From an uncultured cyanobacterium (GTDB lineage Bacteria > Cyanobacteriota > Cyanobacteriia > PCC-9006 > JAAUQQ01), in NCBI GenBank assembly GCA_963718615.1, contig OY970368.1:3008001-3072000 (forward strand): a stretch of 64,000 bases of DNA. Direction: 5' to 3'. Position 1 is the stretch's first letter. Each line of letters begins with the position of its first letter. Positions 1-9,920 of this stretch are shown one piece after another. Under the pieces are notes generated by a model, which ran no database searches, was not told the origin of the DNA, and was given only the letters and a program-made list of their open reading frames with translations. The translations under genes and the position numbers were made by a program.

Positions 1-1
1 G

Positions 2-2236
2 ATCGAAGCCGCAGGCGATTTGACCTTAGCCGGTCCCCTATCAAGCACCGTTTCCTCACCTCTCACCTTACAGGCGGGCAATGACCTGTTCCTAACACCT
101 GGTAATCGAATACTCGCAGGGGATGTAACGCTGATCAGTGGCCGAGATATCAGTATCACCGATACACTCAAGCTGAATGGCGCTCAACCCCACCAATTGA
201 CGATTCAGGCAGGGGGCGATGTGCGCTTGCAGAATGCCGCATTGCCCAATGATACGGTTGGGGATCAGCGTTCAAATCCGCCCTCTTTAACGACGATCCA
301 AGCAAATAATTTGATGCTGGATAACACTGAATTGTCCGGCTTTATCTATGGCCTTGGAGACGGAGCCAATCTCGTGATTCAGGTGCAGGATACCGTCGTG
401 CTTCAGGGATCAATTATTCTTACTTTTGTGTCTGCGGGGAGTTTGGGAAATGCGGGAGGTATCACGATTCAAGCCCGCCGGCTTCAGCTGGATGGCTCCT
501 CGGGTCAGCGCTCTTCTATCGCATCAACAACAGATCTTTTGACCCCTGGTAATGCGGGAAATATTACCCTTGATGCTTCGGACTCGATTGAGTTGGTGGG
601 GAGTCTTCCGGGTCCCTTTAATGCAGTGGCTTTTCGGGCTGCTGAGCTGATTGACTTGGCACAGGCAGGCACGACGATTACCTCTTCGGCCTTTGGGGCT
701 GGTCAGTCGGGCAACATCACGATCGAGACCGATCGCTTGCTCATGCGGGATGGTGTTGCCCTTGGGATTGTGCCGGGAATTTTTGCCACCGCCCGAGGCC
801 AAGAGGGCAATGTGACGATCGCCGCCCGAGAGACCCAGCTACAAGGGCTGGCGGTGATTGGATCCTTAACTTTAGGCGCAACCGATGCGGGGGATGTGAC
901 GATCCGGGGCGATCGCCTCAGCCTCAACGATGGGGCGGTGATGAGTGTCAATAGTATTGGCGTAAATACCCTGGCGGGAAGTGGCGATGCGGGGGAACTG
1001 CGAGTCGATGTCAGGGAGCTGAATGTTCTAAAGGGTTCATTTTTGAGTGCGGGAACCGATACCCCAGGAGCAGGGGGGAATTTAATCGTGAATGCAGATA
1101 CCGTAACTGTGGCAGGGACATCAGCGGATGGGATTTTCCCCTCGGCACTGCGGACGGATGTGGGGACGGGCTTTGGCCTGTTGGATCCGGCGATCGCCAC
1201 CGGCAAAGGCGGCCAACTCATCCTCAATGCCAACCAACTGCAAGTCTTCGATGGGGCCCAAATCTTGGCCAGCACCAACAGCAAGGGCGATGCGGGTAAC
1301 GTTGAGATTACTGCCAAAACCGTCGAAGTGAGGGGCACGGGTCCGAGCGGTATACCCAGTTTGCTGGCGGCAGAATCCAATGGCATGGGGGCTGCTGGAA
1401 CGTTGAAGGTGACGGCGGATCAGTTGACGATTCGCGATCGCGCCCAGGCTAGCACCCAATCCCGCCAGGGGGATGGCGGCAATATCAACCTTTCCCTCAC
1501 CGACGTTCTCTATCTTCGCCGCCAGGGACGGATCACCGCCACCGCTGGCATTGATGGAGCCGGGGGAGACGGCGGCAACATTAACATTAAAGCTGGATTT
1601 ATCGTAGCGCCGCCCAATGAAGATACCGATATCAGTGCCAATGCCTTTGAGGGGAGTGGTGGAAACGTCACCATTCAGACAAACACCCTCTTGGGGGCAG
1701 AACCGCGCGATCGCGCCACCCCTCGCAGTGACATCACCGCCAGCTCAGAACTGGGGGTCAGGGGTCAGGTTACTGTTGATGTACTGGCACCCCAGCCAGA
1801 TTCCGGCTTGGTGGAATTACCCATTGCCTTGCTGAATGAATCTCAGCAGGTGGCCAACGAATGCAAAAGTACGGCTCAATCTCGTTTCGTTTTGACAGGG
1901 CGAGGTGGCATTCCGGCGGATCCTCGTCAGCAGTTGCAGGGACAAATGCTCCTTCAGGATTGGCGAGGGCTAGAGAACGGGGCTAGCGCTGGCACTGGGG
2001 CTGGACGAACGGCGGTTCGTCCCTACGGTGGTTCTATGATCTTGCACCGACCGATTGAAGCCCAGGCCCTGAGACGCGATCGCCAAGGCCGCATCCAACT
2101 CGTCAGCCAACGGCCCCAAATCCCAGCAACGGCAAGGCTCTCCTGCTCAATGATCGAGCAAGCAAACCAGCCAAAATCAGATCAGCCAGAATTAGAGGAT
2201 CAGATCCAGGGCCTGAGTTACCCAAAGACTGAATGA
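2..2236 (+). CDS. Filamentous haemagglutinin/TpsA-like beta-helical exoprotein, 5'-truncated by the window edge
   Basis: Frame is open from base 2. Repeated G-x-A/G-G-x-I-x-I beta-helix units, plus the C-terminal block DISANAFEGSGG...DITASS...C...SRFVLTGRGGIP typical of cyanobacterial FHA-family proteins. Confidence 0.85.
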   Translation: MEAAGDLTLAGPLSSTVSSPLTLQAGNDLFLTPGNRILAGDVTLISGRDISITDTLKLNGAQPHQLTIQAGGDVRLQNAALPNDTVGDQRSNPPSLTTIQANNLMLDNTELSGFIYGLGDGANLVIQVQDTVVLQGSIILTFVSAGSLGNAGGITIQARRLQLDGSSGQRSSIASTTDLLTPGNAGNITLDASDSIELVGSLPGPFNAVAFRAAELIDLAQAGTTITSSAFGAGQSGNITIETDRLLMRDGVALGIVPGIFATARGQEGNVTIAARETQLQGLAVIGSLTLGATDAGDVTIRGDRLSLNDGAVMSVNSIGVNTLAGSGDAGELRVDVRELNVLKGSFLSAGTDTPGAGGNLIVNADTVTVAGTSADGIFPSALRTDVGTGFGLLDPAIATGKGGQLILNANQLQVFDGAQILASTNSKGDAGNVEITAKTVEVRGTGPSGIPSLLAAESNGMGAAGTLKVTADQLTIRDRAQASTQSRQGDGGNINLSLTDVLYLRRQGRITATAGIDGAGGDGGNINIKAGFIVAPPNEDTDISANAFEGSGGNVTIQTNTLLGAEPRDRATPRSDITASSELGVRGQVTVDVLAPQPDSGLVELPIALLNESQQVANECKSTAQSRFVLTGRGGIPADPRQQLQGQMLLQDWRGLENGASAGTGAGRTAVRPYGGSMILHRPIEAQALRRDRQGRIQLVSQRPQIPATARLSCSMIEQANQPKSDQPELEDQIQGLSYPKTE

Positions 2237-2440
2237 TCTGCTGACGCTTCTCTAGTGGAGGTCGGTGACAGGAAAAAGCGTCCGGACAGGCAAATCCAGT
2301 GAGTGCAAAATATACTTAAATTAACTCAGTATAATTCCATAAATATGAGTTGTTTAACCCCGAACCCATAAACAGCTGACAAAAGTTTCTGGGGTTTATC
2401 ATTTTTTGGATTATTCAAAGTCCCATACCGGTGATGGCCC

Positions 2441-5400
2441 ATGAAAAAGAATCTGTTTTATGCCCTTTTCCTATGGCCCTTGAGTATCAGTCCCCAAATC
2501 GTTTGTGCTCAAATCATCCCCAATAATCCCCTTGAGACTGAGGCTTCACAACTCATCCCCCTGGGCAATGGTGAAACACTGATTGGTGGGGGTGCACTGC
2601 GGGGAGACAATTTGTTTCATAGTTTTGAAGAATTTAATATTGGGACGGGAGAACTCGTCTTATTTGGAGATCCGGGGGGAATCAAACGGATTTTTAGCAA
2701 GGTAATTGGGGGGAGTCCTTCGCAGATCGATGGGGAATTTGGCGTGGTGGATTTGGCGACGGGGGCGCTGACGGGGGCGGATTTATTTTTGCTCAATCCG
2801 GGTGGGATAGTGTTAGGGCCGAGAGCGCGATCGCTGGTCTTGGGTTCATTGTTTTTAACCAGTGCCGAGCGGGTCCAGTTTGAAAATTACAACTTTACTG
2901 CGGCTTCCCCTGATTTACCGCCGCCATTGCTCAGTATTGGTGTGCCAGTGGGGTTGCAGATGGGCGCAAGGCCGGGGCCAATCGTCCAGGAATCAGCGGA
3001 GTTTGGGGCAGGGTTGTCCGTTGCACTGGGGCGATCGCTTACCCTCCTCGGCGGCGATATTACCCTAGCCGGTAACGCCTTCGGAAATCTGGCCGGAGGA
3101 CGCCTAGAACTAGGAGCCGTTGGCCCGGAGAGTGTCGTGGCTTTGCTGCCGGTCGATCGAGGCTATGGGCTGGACTATACCCAGGTCAAGGGATTTCAAG
3201 ATATTCAGCTCTTGCAAACTGTCATTCTCGATCCGGGAGCTGTCAATGGCCTGGACGCTGCTTTCCAAGGCCGAACGATTACATTGGAAGAAGCGGAATT
3301 TGCCACGGCTGCCATTGGTGATCAGCCGGGGGGAGCAATTCAGATTCGAGCCACGGAAGCGGTCAAGCTCATCGGTTCTGCCATTCCCAGTTTGTTGATA
3401 ACCGATGTTCTGCCGGAGGCAACGGGACGGGGCGGTGATATCACGATCGAAGCTCCGATGATTGCCTTAGAAACCGGCGGGCAAATTGGGACTTTGACCG
3501 AAGGGCAGGGAGATGCAGGAGATATTTGGCTGAAAAGCGCAGACTCCCTAACCCTGAGTGGGACGACAACCGCTAGTCTGGACTCTCCTGATGAGTTTTC
3601 TAGCTTGATTTTCTCCGCTGTAGCATCGGGGGCTACAGGCGGCGGCGGTCACGTTTGGATTAAGACGCCTCGGTTGGCCTTGGAGAACGGCAGTCAGATC
3701 GGTTCATCGACGCTCAGCACCAGCAATGCAGGCAACATTACAGTCAGTGCTGAGCAAGTTGAGGTCATCGGCACGACGACTAACACCCTTACCAGCAGGA
3801 TTACGTCAATCGTACTGCCCGGTGCGGAAGGCCATGGCGGATCGGTAGACCTTGTCGCCGATCGCGTCCGATTGCTTGCCGGAGGCCAGATTGCGACGGT
3901 GACCCTTGGGCTGGGCAAGGCGGGAGATATCCGGGTTGAGGCCCAGCAGTTTGAAGCTGAAGATCAGCTGAATCCCCCCAATATCTCACCGGCTGGACTC
4001 ATCTCCACGGTTTCCCCAGGAGCCCTGGGGAATGGGGGCAATGTGCAACTGTGGGCGGAGGATATTCGCTTGACGAGGGGAGCACAGGTTGCTTCCAGTA
4101 CCCTTAGCCAGGGAAATACGGGACGGTTAGAGGTCAATGCCACCCGGATTGATTTACAAGGCACCGCTACGGGCGGCCCTTTCCCAACGGGATTCTTTGT
4201 AACGGTGGAGCCCGGTGCCTCGGGTAATGGGGATGCCTTGCGGATCACCACGGATTCTCTGCGTTTGACCGAGGGAGCTGCCATCCAAACCAACACCTTT
4301 GGCCCAGGACAGGCTGCGACGCTGGAGATCCAAGCCAGGGACCGCATTGTGCTCCAGGGGCGCAATCCTCAAAATGGCTTATCGAGTGCCATTTCCAGTA
4401 GTACGGACACAGAAATCTTGGCGGCTTTCGGATTTCCCCCCACCGCTGGGGGCCAGGGGGGATCGCTGCGGATTCAAACGCCGCTGTTGCGGCTGGAACA
4501 GGGAGCGGTCATCGCCGCTAAAAGTCGTAGTGACGGGGCCGGGGGGAACGTGGTTTTAGACCTCGATCGCCTAGAACTGTTGAGTGGATCTCAAATTCAG
4601 GCTTCGGCGTTCAATCAGGGGGATAGCGGCACGATTGAGATTACAGCGGCTGAGGCGATCGCGATCGCCGGTCAAGACCCGATCTATGCCGAGCAGTTGG
4701 CCCAGTTTGGCAACTCCCTCTCTAACTCACCGGAAAGTGAAGAGAGTGCGATCGCCGTCCGTTCCTTTGGGTCTGGCGCGGCCCGACAAATTAGCTTACA
4801 AACGCCCCTGTTAAAAGTACAAGACCAAGGACTGATCAGCGTCAGCAGCAAAGGGACCGGACCGGCGGGCAACTTAGCGATTGGGGCCAACCAAGTCCTT
4901 TTGGATGGGGGGTCACTGCAAGCCAATACAGAGATCGGAGAACAGGGCGGGATTGCCATTACGGGGGCTGATTGGCTGTTGCTGCGCCGGAGTGGTGCCA
5001 TCACAACCAATGCTGGAGCCGATAGTACTGGCGGCAATATCAACATTGCTGCTGGCTTCATCGTCGCCCCTGCCCACGAAAACAGCGATATCACCGCCAA
5101 TGCGATGCGAGGGCAAGGGGGCAAGATCAGCATTCAAACCCAGGGTCTGTTTGGGATTGAGTTTCGTGATCGCCCCACCCCCCAAAGCGACATCACCGCC
5201 AGCTCTGATACGGGACTGAAGGGCACCGTCAATATCGCGCTGTTGGCCATCGACCCTAACCCCGGCTTAGTTGAACTACCGATTGCGCTTCTGAACTCCA
5301 GCGATGCAATCACAAACGCCTGTCGGCAAACGTTCCCCTCTAAATTTATCGTTAGCGGTCGTAATGGACTCCCTAGCGACCCTCGCCAAACCCTAACCTC

Positions 5401-5623
5401 TGCCTCAGCCCAGCAGGATTGGCGCAATGGACTGCTTGCCTCATCCCCAGGGTCGTCTGTTTCAACTTCATCTCCCTCTTTTCCCTCTTTCACCCAGCCC
5501 TCCCTCGAAGCCCAGAGCCTTACCATCAGCCCCCAGGGGCAAGTCCGGCTCATTTCCCATCTTCCTCAAACCCTGTCTAGCCAGTCGCTAAATTGTCAAA
5601 TTCTCCAGGAGCAACACCCATGA
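2441..5623 (+). CDS. Filamentous haemagglutinin family exoprotein with N-terminal TPS (haemagglutination activity) domain
   Basis: Signal peptide ending AQI, TPS motifs NLFHSFEEFNI and LFLLNPGGI, beta-helix repeats, and the same C-terminal block as the upstream paralogue. Confidence 0.9.
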   Translation: MKKNLFYALFLWPLSISPQIVCAQIIPNNPLETEASQLIPLGNGETLIGGGALRGDNLFHSFEEFNIGTGELVLFGDPGGIKRIFSKVIGGSPSQIDGEFGVVDLATGALTGADLFLLNPGGIVLGPRARSLVLGSLFLTSAERVQFENYNFTAASPDLPPPLLSIGVPVGLQMGARPGPIVQESAEFGAGLSVALGRSLTLLGGDITLAGNAFGNLAGGRLELGAVGPESVVALLPVDRGYGLDYTQVKGFQDIQLLQTVILDPGAVNGLDAAFQGRTITLEEAEFATAAIGDQPGGAIQIRATEAVKLIGSAIPSLLITDVLPEATGRGGDITIEAPMIALETGGQIGTLTEGQGDAGDIWLKSADSLTLSGTTTASLDSPDEFSSLIFSAVASGATGGGGHVWIKTPRLALENGSQIGSSTLSTSNAGNITVSAEQVEVIGTTTNTLTSRITSIVLPGAEGHGGSVDLVADRVRLLAGGQIATVTLGLGKAGDIRVEAQQFEAEDQLNPPNISPAGLISTVSPGALGNGGNVQLWAEDIRLTRGAQVASSTLSQGNTGRLEVNATRIDLQGTATGGPFPTGFFVTVEPGASGNGDALRITTDSLRLTEGAAIQTNTFGPGQAATLEIQARDRIVLQGRNPQNGLSSAISSSTDTEILAAFGFPPTAGGQGGSLRIQTPLLRLEQGAVIAAKSRSDGAGGNVVLDLDRLELLSGSQIQASAFNQGDSGTIEITAAEAIAIAGQDPIYAEQLAQFGNSLSNSPESEESAIAVRSFGSGAARQISLQTPLLKVQDQGLISVSSKGTGPAGNLAIGANQVLLDGGSLQANTEIGEQGGIAITGADWLLLRRSGAITTNAGADSTGGNINIAAGFIVAPAHENSDITANAMRGQGGKISIQTQGLFGIEFRDRPTPQSDITASSDTGLKGTVNIALLAIDPNPGLVELPIALLNSSDAITNACRQTFPSKFIVSGRNGLPSDPRQTLTSASAQQDWRNGLLASSPGSSVSTSSPSFPSFTQPSLEAQSLTISPQGQVRLISHLPQTLSSQSLNCQILQEQHP

Positions 5624-8247
5624 GCTGGCCCACCCTGAAACACCCCCGACGGGCAAAATATTGGCTCCTAGCCTGGATGAGTTGCTGGCTTTTGCTCACC
5701 CTTGCTCCCGCCCATGCCACCGCCCATGCCACCTCGATCGCCGCTGCTCGGATTCAGACCCCAGCCGCCCAGCCCGCCGTCCCACCAACCGTCCCAACCC
5801 CAGATTTAGTCACCCAAGGCAAACAACTTTACGATGCCGGTCGCCTAGAAGAAGCGATCGCCCTCTGGCAAAACGCCGCCAATCAATTCGCCCAGCAACA
5901 CCAACCCGAACAACAGGCCCAAGTCCTGCGGTATCTGGCGATCGCCCACCAAGACCTCGGTCAATTCTCCGCCGCCCAAAAAGCCCTCACTCAAGCCCAA
6001 ACCCTTGCGCCAACGGCTTTTCTGTTTCAGGCTCAACTCTTAGGAACCCAAGCCTCTCTCTACCAAGCCCAAGGCCAATTTGAAACCGCCCACAGCACCT
6101 ATCAAGAGGCCGAGAAACGCTACGCCAGCCAGGGCGATCGCCTAGGGGTTTCCCTCAGCCAACTCAACCAATCCCAAGTCCTCCAGTCCCTCGGATTTTA
6201 TAGCCGAGCCCAGACCCTACTGCTCAAGCTGCGTCAGGATTTGACCCAAGAAATTGAGGCATCCCCCCAAGATCTCTCGGTCCAGCGCCAATCGATTCAA
6301 GCCCAGACTTCGCGGCAGTTAGGGGCGATCGCCCAATCTCTCGGGAATCTGACTGAAGCCGAGACCCATCTCCAGGAGAGTCTCAAGCAATTCGGGCAAC
6401 TGGGGGCGGTGGCCGAGCTGGCCCCGACGCTGTTGCTTCTGGGAGATTTGGAACTAGCGCGGGAAAATTCGGCGGGGGCGATCGCCACCTACCAACAGGC
6501 CCAAACCTTTGCCGTCAACCCGCAAGTTCAGCTCGACGCCCAGCTCAAACAGCTCCGGTTGCTGGCGCTCCAGAAAGGCACCCCATCGCCAACCCTCCAG
6601 ACGCTGCTCCAGAGCATTCCCCCCCTGCTCAAAACCCTGCCGCCGACCCACGGGGGCATCTATGCCCAGGTCAATTTTGCGGAAAGCCTGCGGTTGCGGG
6701 GTCAGACCCAGGAGGCGATCGCCCACCTCACCCCCGTCCTGCGCCAAGCCCAAACCCTCGGCGATCAGCGCGCCGAATCTTATGTGCTGGGGCAACTGGG
6801 TAGCCTCTACGAAACCCAGGGCCACTGGACCGAAGCGCTGCAATTGACCCGCCAAGCCTACCAGCAGGCTACCGCCATTCAGGCCGAAGAGATTGCGGTG
6901 TCTTGGCTGTGGCAGGAAGGCCGGATTCTCAAAGCTCAGGGAAAATTATCCGAGGCGATCGCCCCCTACCGAGCCGCCGTCAAGCTGCTACAAACCCTCC
7001 GCCAAGACCTCGTCGCCATGGCTCCCGATGTGCAGTTTAGCTTCCGCGACCAAGTGGAACCGATCTATCGGCAATTGGCTCAGATCCTACTCACGGAGGT
7101 AGACCGGTTACCGAGTTCAGAACAACAAGGCCGCCTAGAAGAATCCCGACAAACCATCGAAGCCCTGCAACTGGCGGAGCTGCAAAACTTTTTCCGGGAA
7201 GCCTGCGAAACCTATGAGGCTCAGTCCATTGACCAAATTGATCCGGAGGCAGCGGTCATTTATTCCATCGTTGTGGGCGATCGCCTAGAAGTGATCCTCT
7301 CCGCCCCTCACCAACCCCTCCAGCACTACGGAACCGCCTTAACCGCCGACGCAGCCACAGAACTGGCCGCTCAGGTGCGTCAATCCCTCAATCCCGCCTT
7401 TTTGCCCGAGGAAGGTTTACCTGCGGCCCAAAAGCTTTACGACGCACTGATTCGACCGGCGCAACCCACTTTGCAAACCCAGTCGATTAAAACCCTGGTG
7501 TTTGTCCTGGATGACTTTTTGCGGACGATTCCCATGGCGGTGTTGCATGATGGCGATCGCTACTTGATCGAAACCTACCAAATTGCCCTCACTCCGGGAC
7601 TACAACTGTTTGAATCTACCCCCATTTCATCTACCCAAAATTCGCTTTTAGTCGGAGGATTAACAGAAGCTCGCCAAGGATTTTCGGCCTTGCCTGGAGT
7701 GTCCCAGGAAGTCGAGGCGATCGCCCAAAACCCGCACACTAAAGTACTGCTCAATCAGGATTTCATTCAAACCAATCTGGCTCAAACCGTCCAAAAAAAG
7801 CCTTTTTCCATCATTCACCTAGCGACCCATGGCCAGTTTAGCTCCCGCGCCCAAGATACGTTTTTGCTGACTTGGCAGGAGCGGCTCGGAGTTCAGGATT
7901 TAGAAAATTGGCTGGATTTGCAGTTAACAGCCTTGCAGACCGGACAGCAAACGTCTGTCGAACTCCTCGTGTTGAGCGCTTGCCAGACCGCCAAAGGCGA
8001 TGCCAGGGCTGGGCTGGGTCTGGCGGGGATGGTGGTGCGATCGGGGGCTCGCAGTGCGATCGCCACCCTCTGGGCAGTGCAAGATCAATCCACAGCGGAT
8101 TTGATGGCGGTGTTCTATCACAATTTACTCCAGGCGGGTATGGATCGAGGCGAAGCCCTGCGTCAAGCCCAGCTCAGTTTAATGAAAGGCTCCTATGCCC
8201 ATCCTTACTATTGGGCTCCCTTTGTTTTGGTGGGGAATTGGCAATAG
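5620..8247 (+). CDS. TPR + CHAT (caspase-like peptidase) domain protein with N-terminal signal/TM segment
   Basis: ATG at 5620 overlaps the upstream TGA (ATGA). TPR helices, CHAT catalytic motifs IIHLATHG and LVLSACQT, and C-terminal HPYYWAPFVLVGNW. Confidence 0.93.
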   Translation: MSWPTLKHPRRAKYWLLAWMSCWLLLTLAPAHATAHATSIAAARIQTPAAQPAVPPTVPTPDLVTQGKQLYDAGRLEEAIALWQNAANQFAQQHQPEQQAQVLRYLAIAHQDLGQFSAAQKALTQAQTLAPTAFLFQAQLLGTQASLYQAQGQFETAHSTYQEAEKRYASQGDRLGVSLSQLNQSQVLQSLGFYSRAQTLLLKLRQDLTQEIEASPQDLSVQRQSIQAQTSRQLGAIAQSLGNLTEAETHLQESLKQFGQLGAVAELAPTLLLLGDLELARENSAGAIATYQQAQTFAVNPQVQLDAQLKQLRLLALQKGTPSPTLQTLLQSIPPLLKTLPPTHGGIYAQVNFAESLRLRGQTQEAIAHLTPVLRQAQTLGDQRAESYVLGQLGSLYETQGHWTEALQLTRQAYQQATAIQAEEIAVSWLWQEGRILKAQGKLSEAIAPYRAAVKLLQTLRQDLVAMAPDVQFSFRDQVEPIYRQLAQILLTEVDRLPSSEQQGRLEESRQTIEALQLAELQNFFREACETYEAQSIDQIDPEAAVIYSIVVGDRLEVILSAPHQPLQHYGTALTADAATELAAQVRQSLNPAFLPEEGLPAAQKLYDALIRPAQPTLQTQSIKTLVFVLDDFLRTIPMAVLHDGDRYLIETYQIALTPGLQLFESTPISSTQNSLLVGGLTEARQGFSALPGVSQEVEAIAQNPHTKVLLNQDFIQTNLAQTVQKKPFSIIHLATHGQFSSRAQDTFLLTWQERLGVQDLENWLDLQLTALQTGQQTSVELLVLSACQTAKGDARAGLGLAGMVVRSGARSAIATLWAVQDQSTADLMAVFYHNLLQAGMDRGEALRQAQLSLMKGSYAHPYYWAPFVLVGNWQ

Positions 8248-8326
8248 GTTCTAGGGAATAAACCTTAGGTAATAAATCGTAGGCAATAAATCCTAAGCAA
8301 TAAATCCTAAGCAATAAATCCTAGAA
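8243..8326. repeat. Degenerate 14-bp tandem repeat, about 6 units (consensus AATAAATCCTA(A/G)GC)
   Basis: aataggttctaggg/aataaaccttaggt/aataaatcgtaggc/aataaatcctaagc/aataaatcctaagc/aataaatcctagaa, starting at the CHAT stop codon. Confidence 0.85.
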
Positions 8327-8520
8327 CCCTCACTGTGTAAAATGATTTCCTGTGTTGATTTCATAAACTTTTCATCAAGGGTTTCGCATCTGTCCTTATT
8401 AAATTTTGAGCGTTAGAAAATAGATTTATGAGAAGTTTGTGTGAGCTCATTTGCGACGTGAACTCATTTACTGTGTGAACGAGTTCCAATCCCTTCCTGT
8501 TGTTTTTTGGAGGTTTTGTG

Positions 8521-9267
8521 ATGAACCTGTTGCGATCGCTAACGAATCAACTCCCCCAACGTCTTTGCTTCGCTGGGATTTTGCTCCTGGCCTGTTCCCC
8601 CGCTGGACTCGCCTCGCCGCTGCCCTGGGTTGGCTTGCAAGCTAACTTACAATCTAAGGCACTTGCGGATAGCCCAGAGATCTCCCCATTTTATTGGCTG
8701 AAGCGGCTGCAAACCCAGTTCACCCCGCCCAAGAACGATGCGCCCCGCTCAACCGCAGGTACAGGAACTCGGAATGGTTTGCGCTGTCAGGCTGAAGAAC
8801 CAGCGATCGCCGCCCTAACGCCCCCCGGCAATTACAGTTTGACCCTAGGACAGCCGCCGACTCTATCCCTCTATATGGGTCAGGCCAGCGCAACGCGGGT
8901 AGCCATAGTCCTGCAAAATGAGTCCGGCAGCTTTTACAAACGAACAATGTTGCCGATTCCGGATTCCGCCTCGGGCTGGGTCAATTTTCAGCCTCCCGCA
9001 TCCATGGTGGTGTTGGAACCCGGCCAGCTTTACCGTTGGTCCCTGGTGGTCGTGTGTGGCCAAACGCCCCAGCCCGATGATCCCCTCTTTACCGGTTGGA
9101 TTCGACCGATGCCGCCTGCATCGGGGATTCATCAGGAACTCCAGAAAAAAACGCTAGCAGAGCAGATGCAGTGGTACGGCCAAAACGGCTATTGGTATGA
9201 CCTGGTTCAAGCGGCATTGAGCCAAGACCGTGAACTGAAATCCCGAGATCAATCTCACCCTCAATAG
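8521..9267 (+). CDS. DUF928 domain protein, C-terminus probably shortened
   Basis: Signal peptide and motifs FTPP...GTGTR, LEPGQLYRWSL, GWI, YGQNGYWYD. DUF928 is the usual neighbour of cyanobacterial CHAT genes. Confidence 0.85.
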   Translation: MNLLRSLTNQLPQRLCFAGILLLACSPAGLASPLPWVGLQANLQSKALADSPEISPFYWLKRLQTQFTPPKNDAPRSTAGTGTRNGLRCQAEEPAIAALTPPGNYSLTLGQPPTLSLYMGQASATRVAIVLQNESGSFYKRTMLPIPDSASGWVNFQPPASMVVLEPGQLYRWSLVVVCGQTPQPDDPLFTGWIRPMPPASGIHQELQKKTLAEQMQWYGQNGYWYDLVQAALSQDRELKSRDQSHPQ

Positions 9268-9515
9268 TGATACCGGCATTGCGCGATGAGCAAATCTTGG
9301 CCCCGAACCTGATACACCAACCGATGTTCATCATTAATCCGGCGGCTCCAGTAACCGCTGAGGGCATGTTTGAGCGCTTCTGGTTTGCCCACTCCTTCAA
9401 AGGGCGTCCTCGCAATTTCCTTGAGCAGTTGATTGACTCGCTTCAGGGTCTTGCGGTCATGGGCAACCCAGTACTGGTAATCTTCCCAAGCTTGTTCCGA
9501 GAAAATAAACCTCAT
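9261..9515 (-). CDS. yoeB: Txe/YoeB family mRNA interferase toxin
   Basis: AWEDYQYW...PFEGVGKPEALK...WSRRINDEHRLVY...CRYHY; ATGA overlap with the antitoxin gene. Confidence 0.95.
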   Translation of the reverse strand: MRFIFSEQAWEDYQYWVAHDRKTLKRVNQLLKEIARTPFEGVGKPEALKHALSGYWSRRINDEHRLVYQVRGQDLLIAQCRYHY

Positions 9516-9775
9516 GCATCGTTGTTGTCTTGGAGCGCTCGGACTTGGCCACCCTCTGCTTCGAGCTGGGCGATCGCATCTAACAAACGTCGGGCATTCT
9601 GGGGACTCCGGAGCAAATAGGCGGTTTCTTGCAACGCATGAAAATCTTCCAGTGAAATCAACACCACGGACTGTTCACGCTTGCGGGTGATGATGATCGG
9701 CGCATGGTCGTTGCAAACCTGAGCCATGGTTTGCGCCAAGTTCTCGCGGGCGGCAGTGTAAGAAATCGCTTCCAT
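9512..9775 (-). CDS. yefM: Phd/YefM family antitoxin
   Basis: MEAISYTAARENLA...PIIITRK...ETAYLLRSPQNARRL; start chosen at the ATG at 9775. Confidence 0.93.
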   Translation of the reverse strand: MEAISYTAARENLAQTMAQVCNDHAPIIITRKREQSVVLISLEDFHALQETAYLLRSPQNARRLLDAIAQLEAEGGQVRALQDNNDA

Positions 9776-9800
9776 AGCAAACGGGGCGATCAGGACAGTA

Positions 9801-9818
9801 TGTACAGAATAACGTACA
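9801..9818. promoter_or_regulatory. YefM-YoeB autoregulatory operator (TGTACA core plus CGTACA core, 12 bp apart)
   Basis: tgtaca at 9801-9806 and cgtaca at 9813-9818, 26-43 bp upstream of yefM. Matches the paired TGTACA palindromes known for yefM-yoeB operators. Confidence 0.75.
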
Positions 9819-9920
9819 GGAATAATCCTGTCGAGGTCGCAAGCGTTAGGCAAAATTTAGGCTGTTCGTCCCCAAAAGGCGTGGGCTTTACTATTCTTAA
9901 GAAAAGACCTCAGAAGCCCC

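Noticed and set aside
2281-2286. TCCGGA upstream of the second FHA gene as a DIF1-like site
   Set aside because: No GAA at N17-19 on either strand, so it was not counted in the motif set.
8243-8326. Possible CRISPR-like array
   Set aside because: Units are 14 bp and directly adjacent with no spacers; no cas genes in the window.
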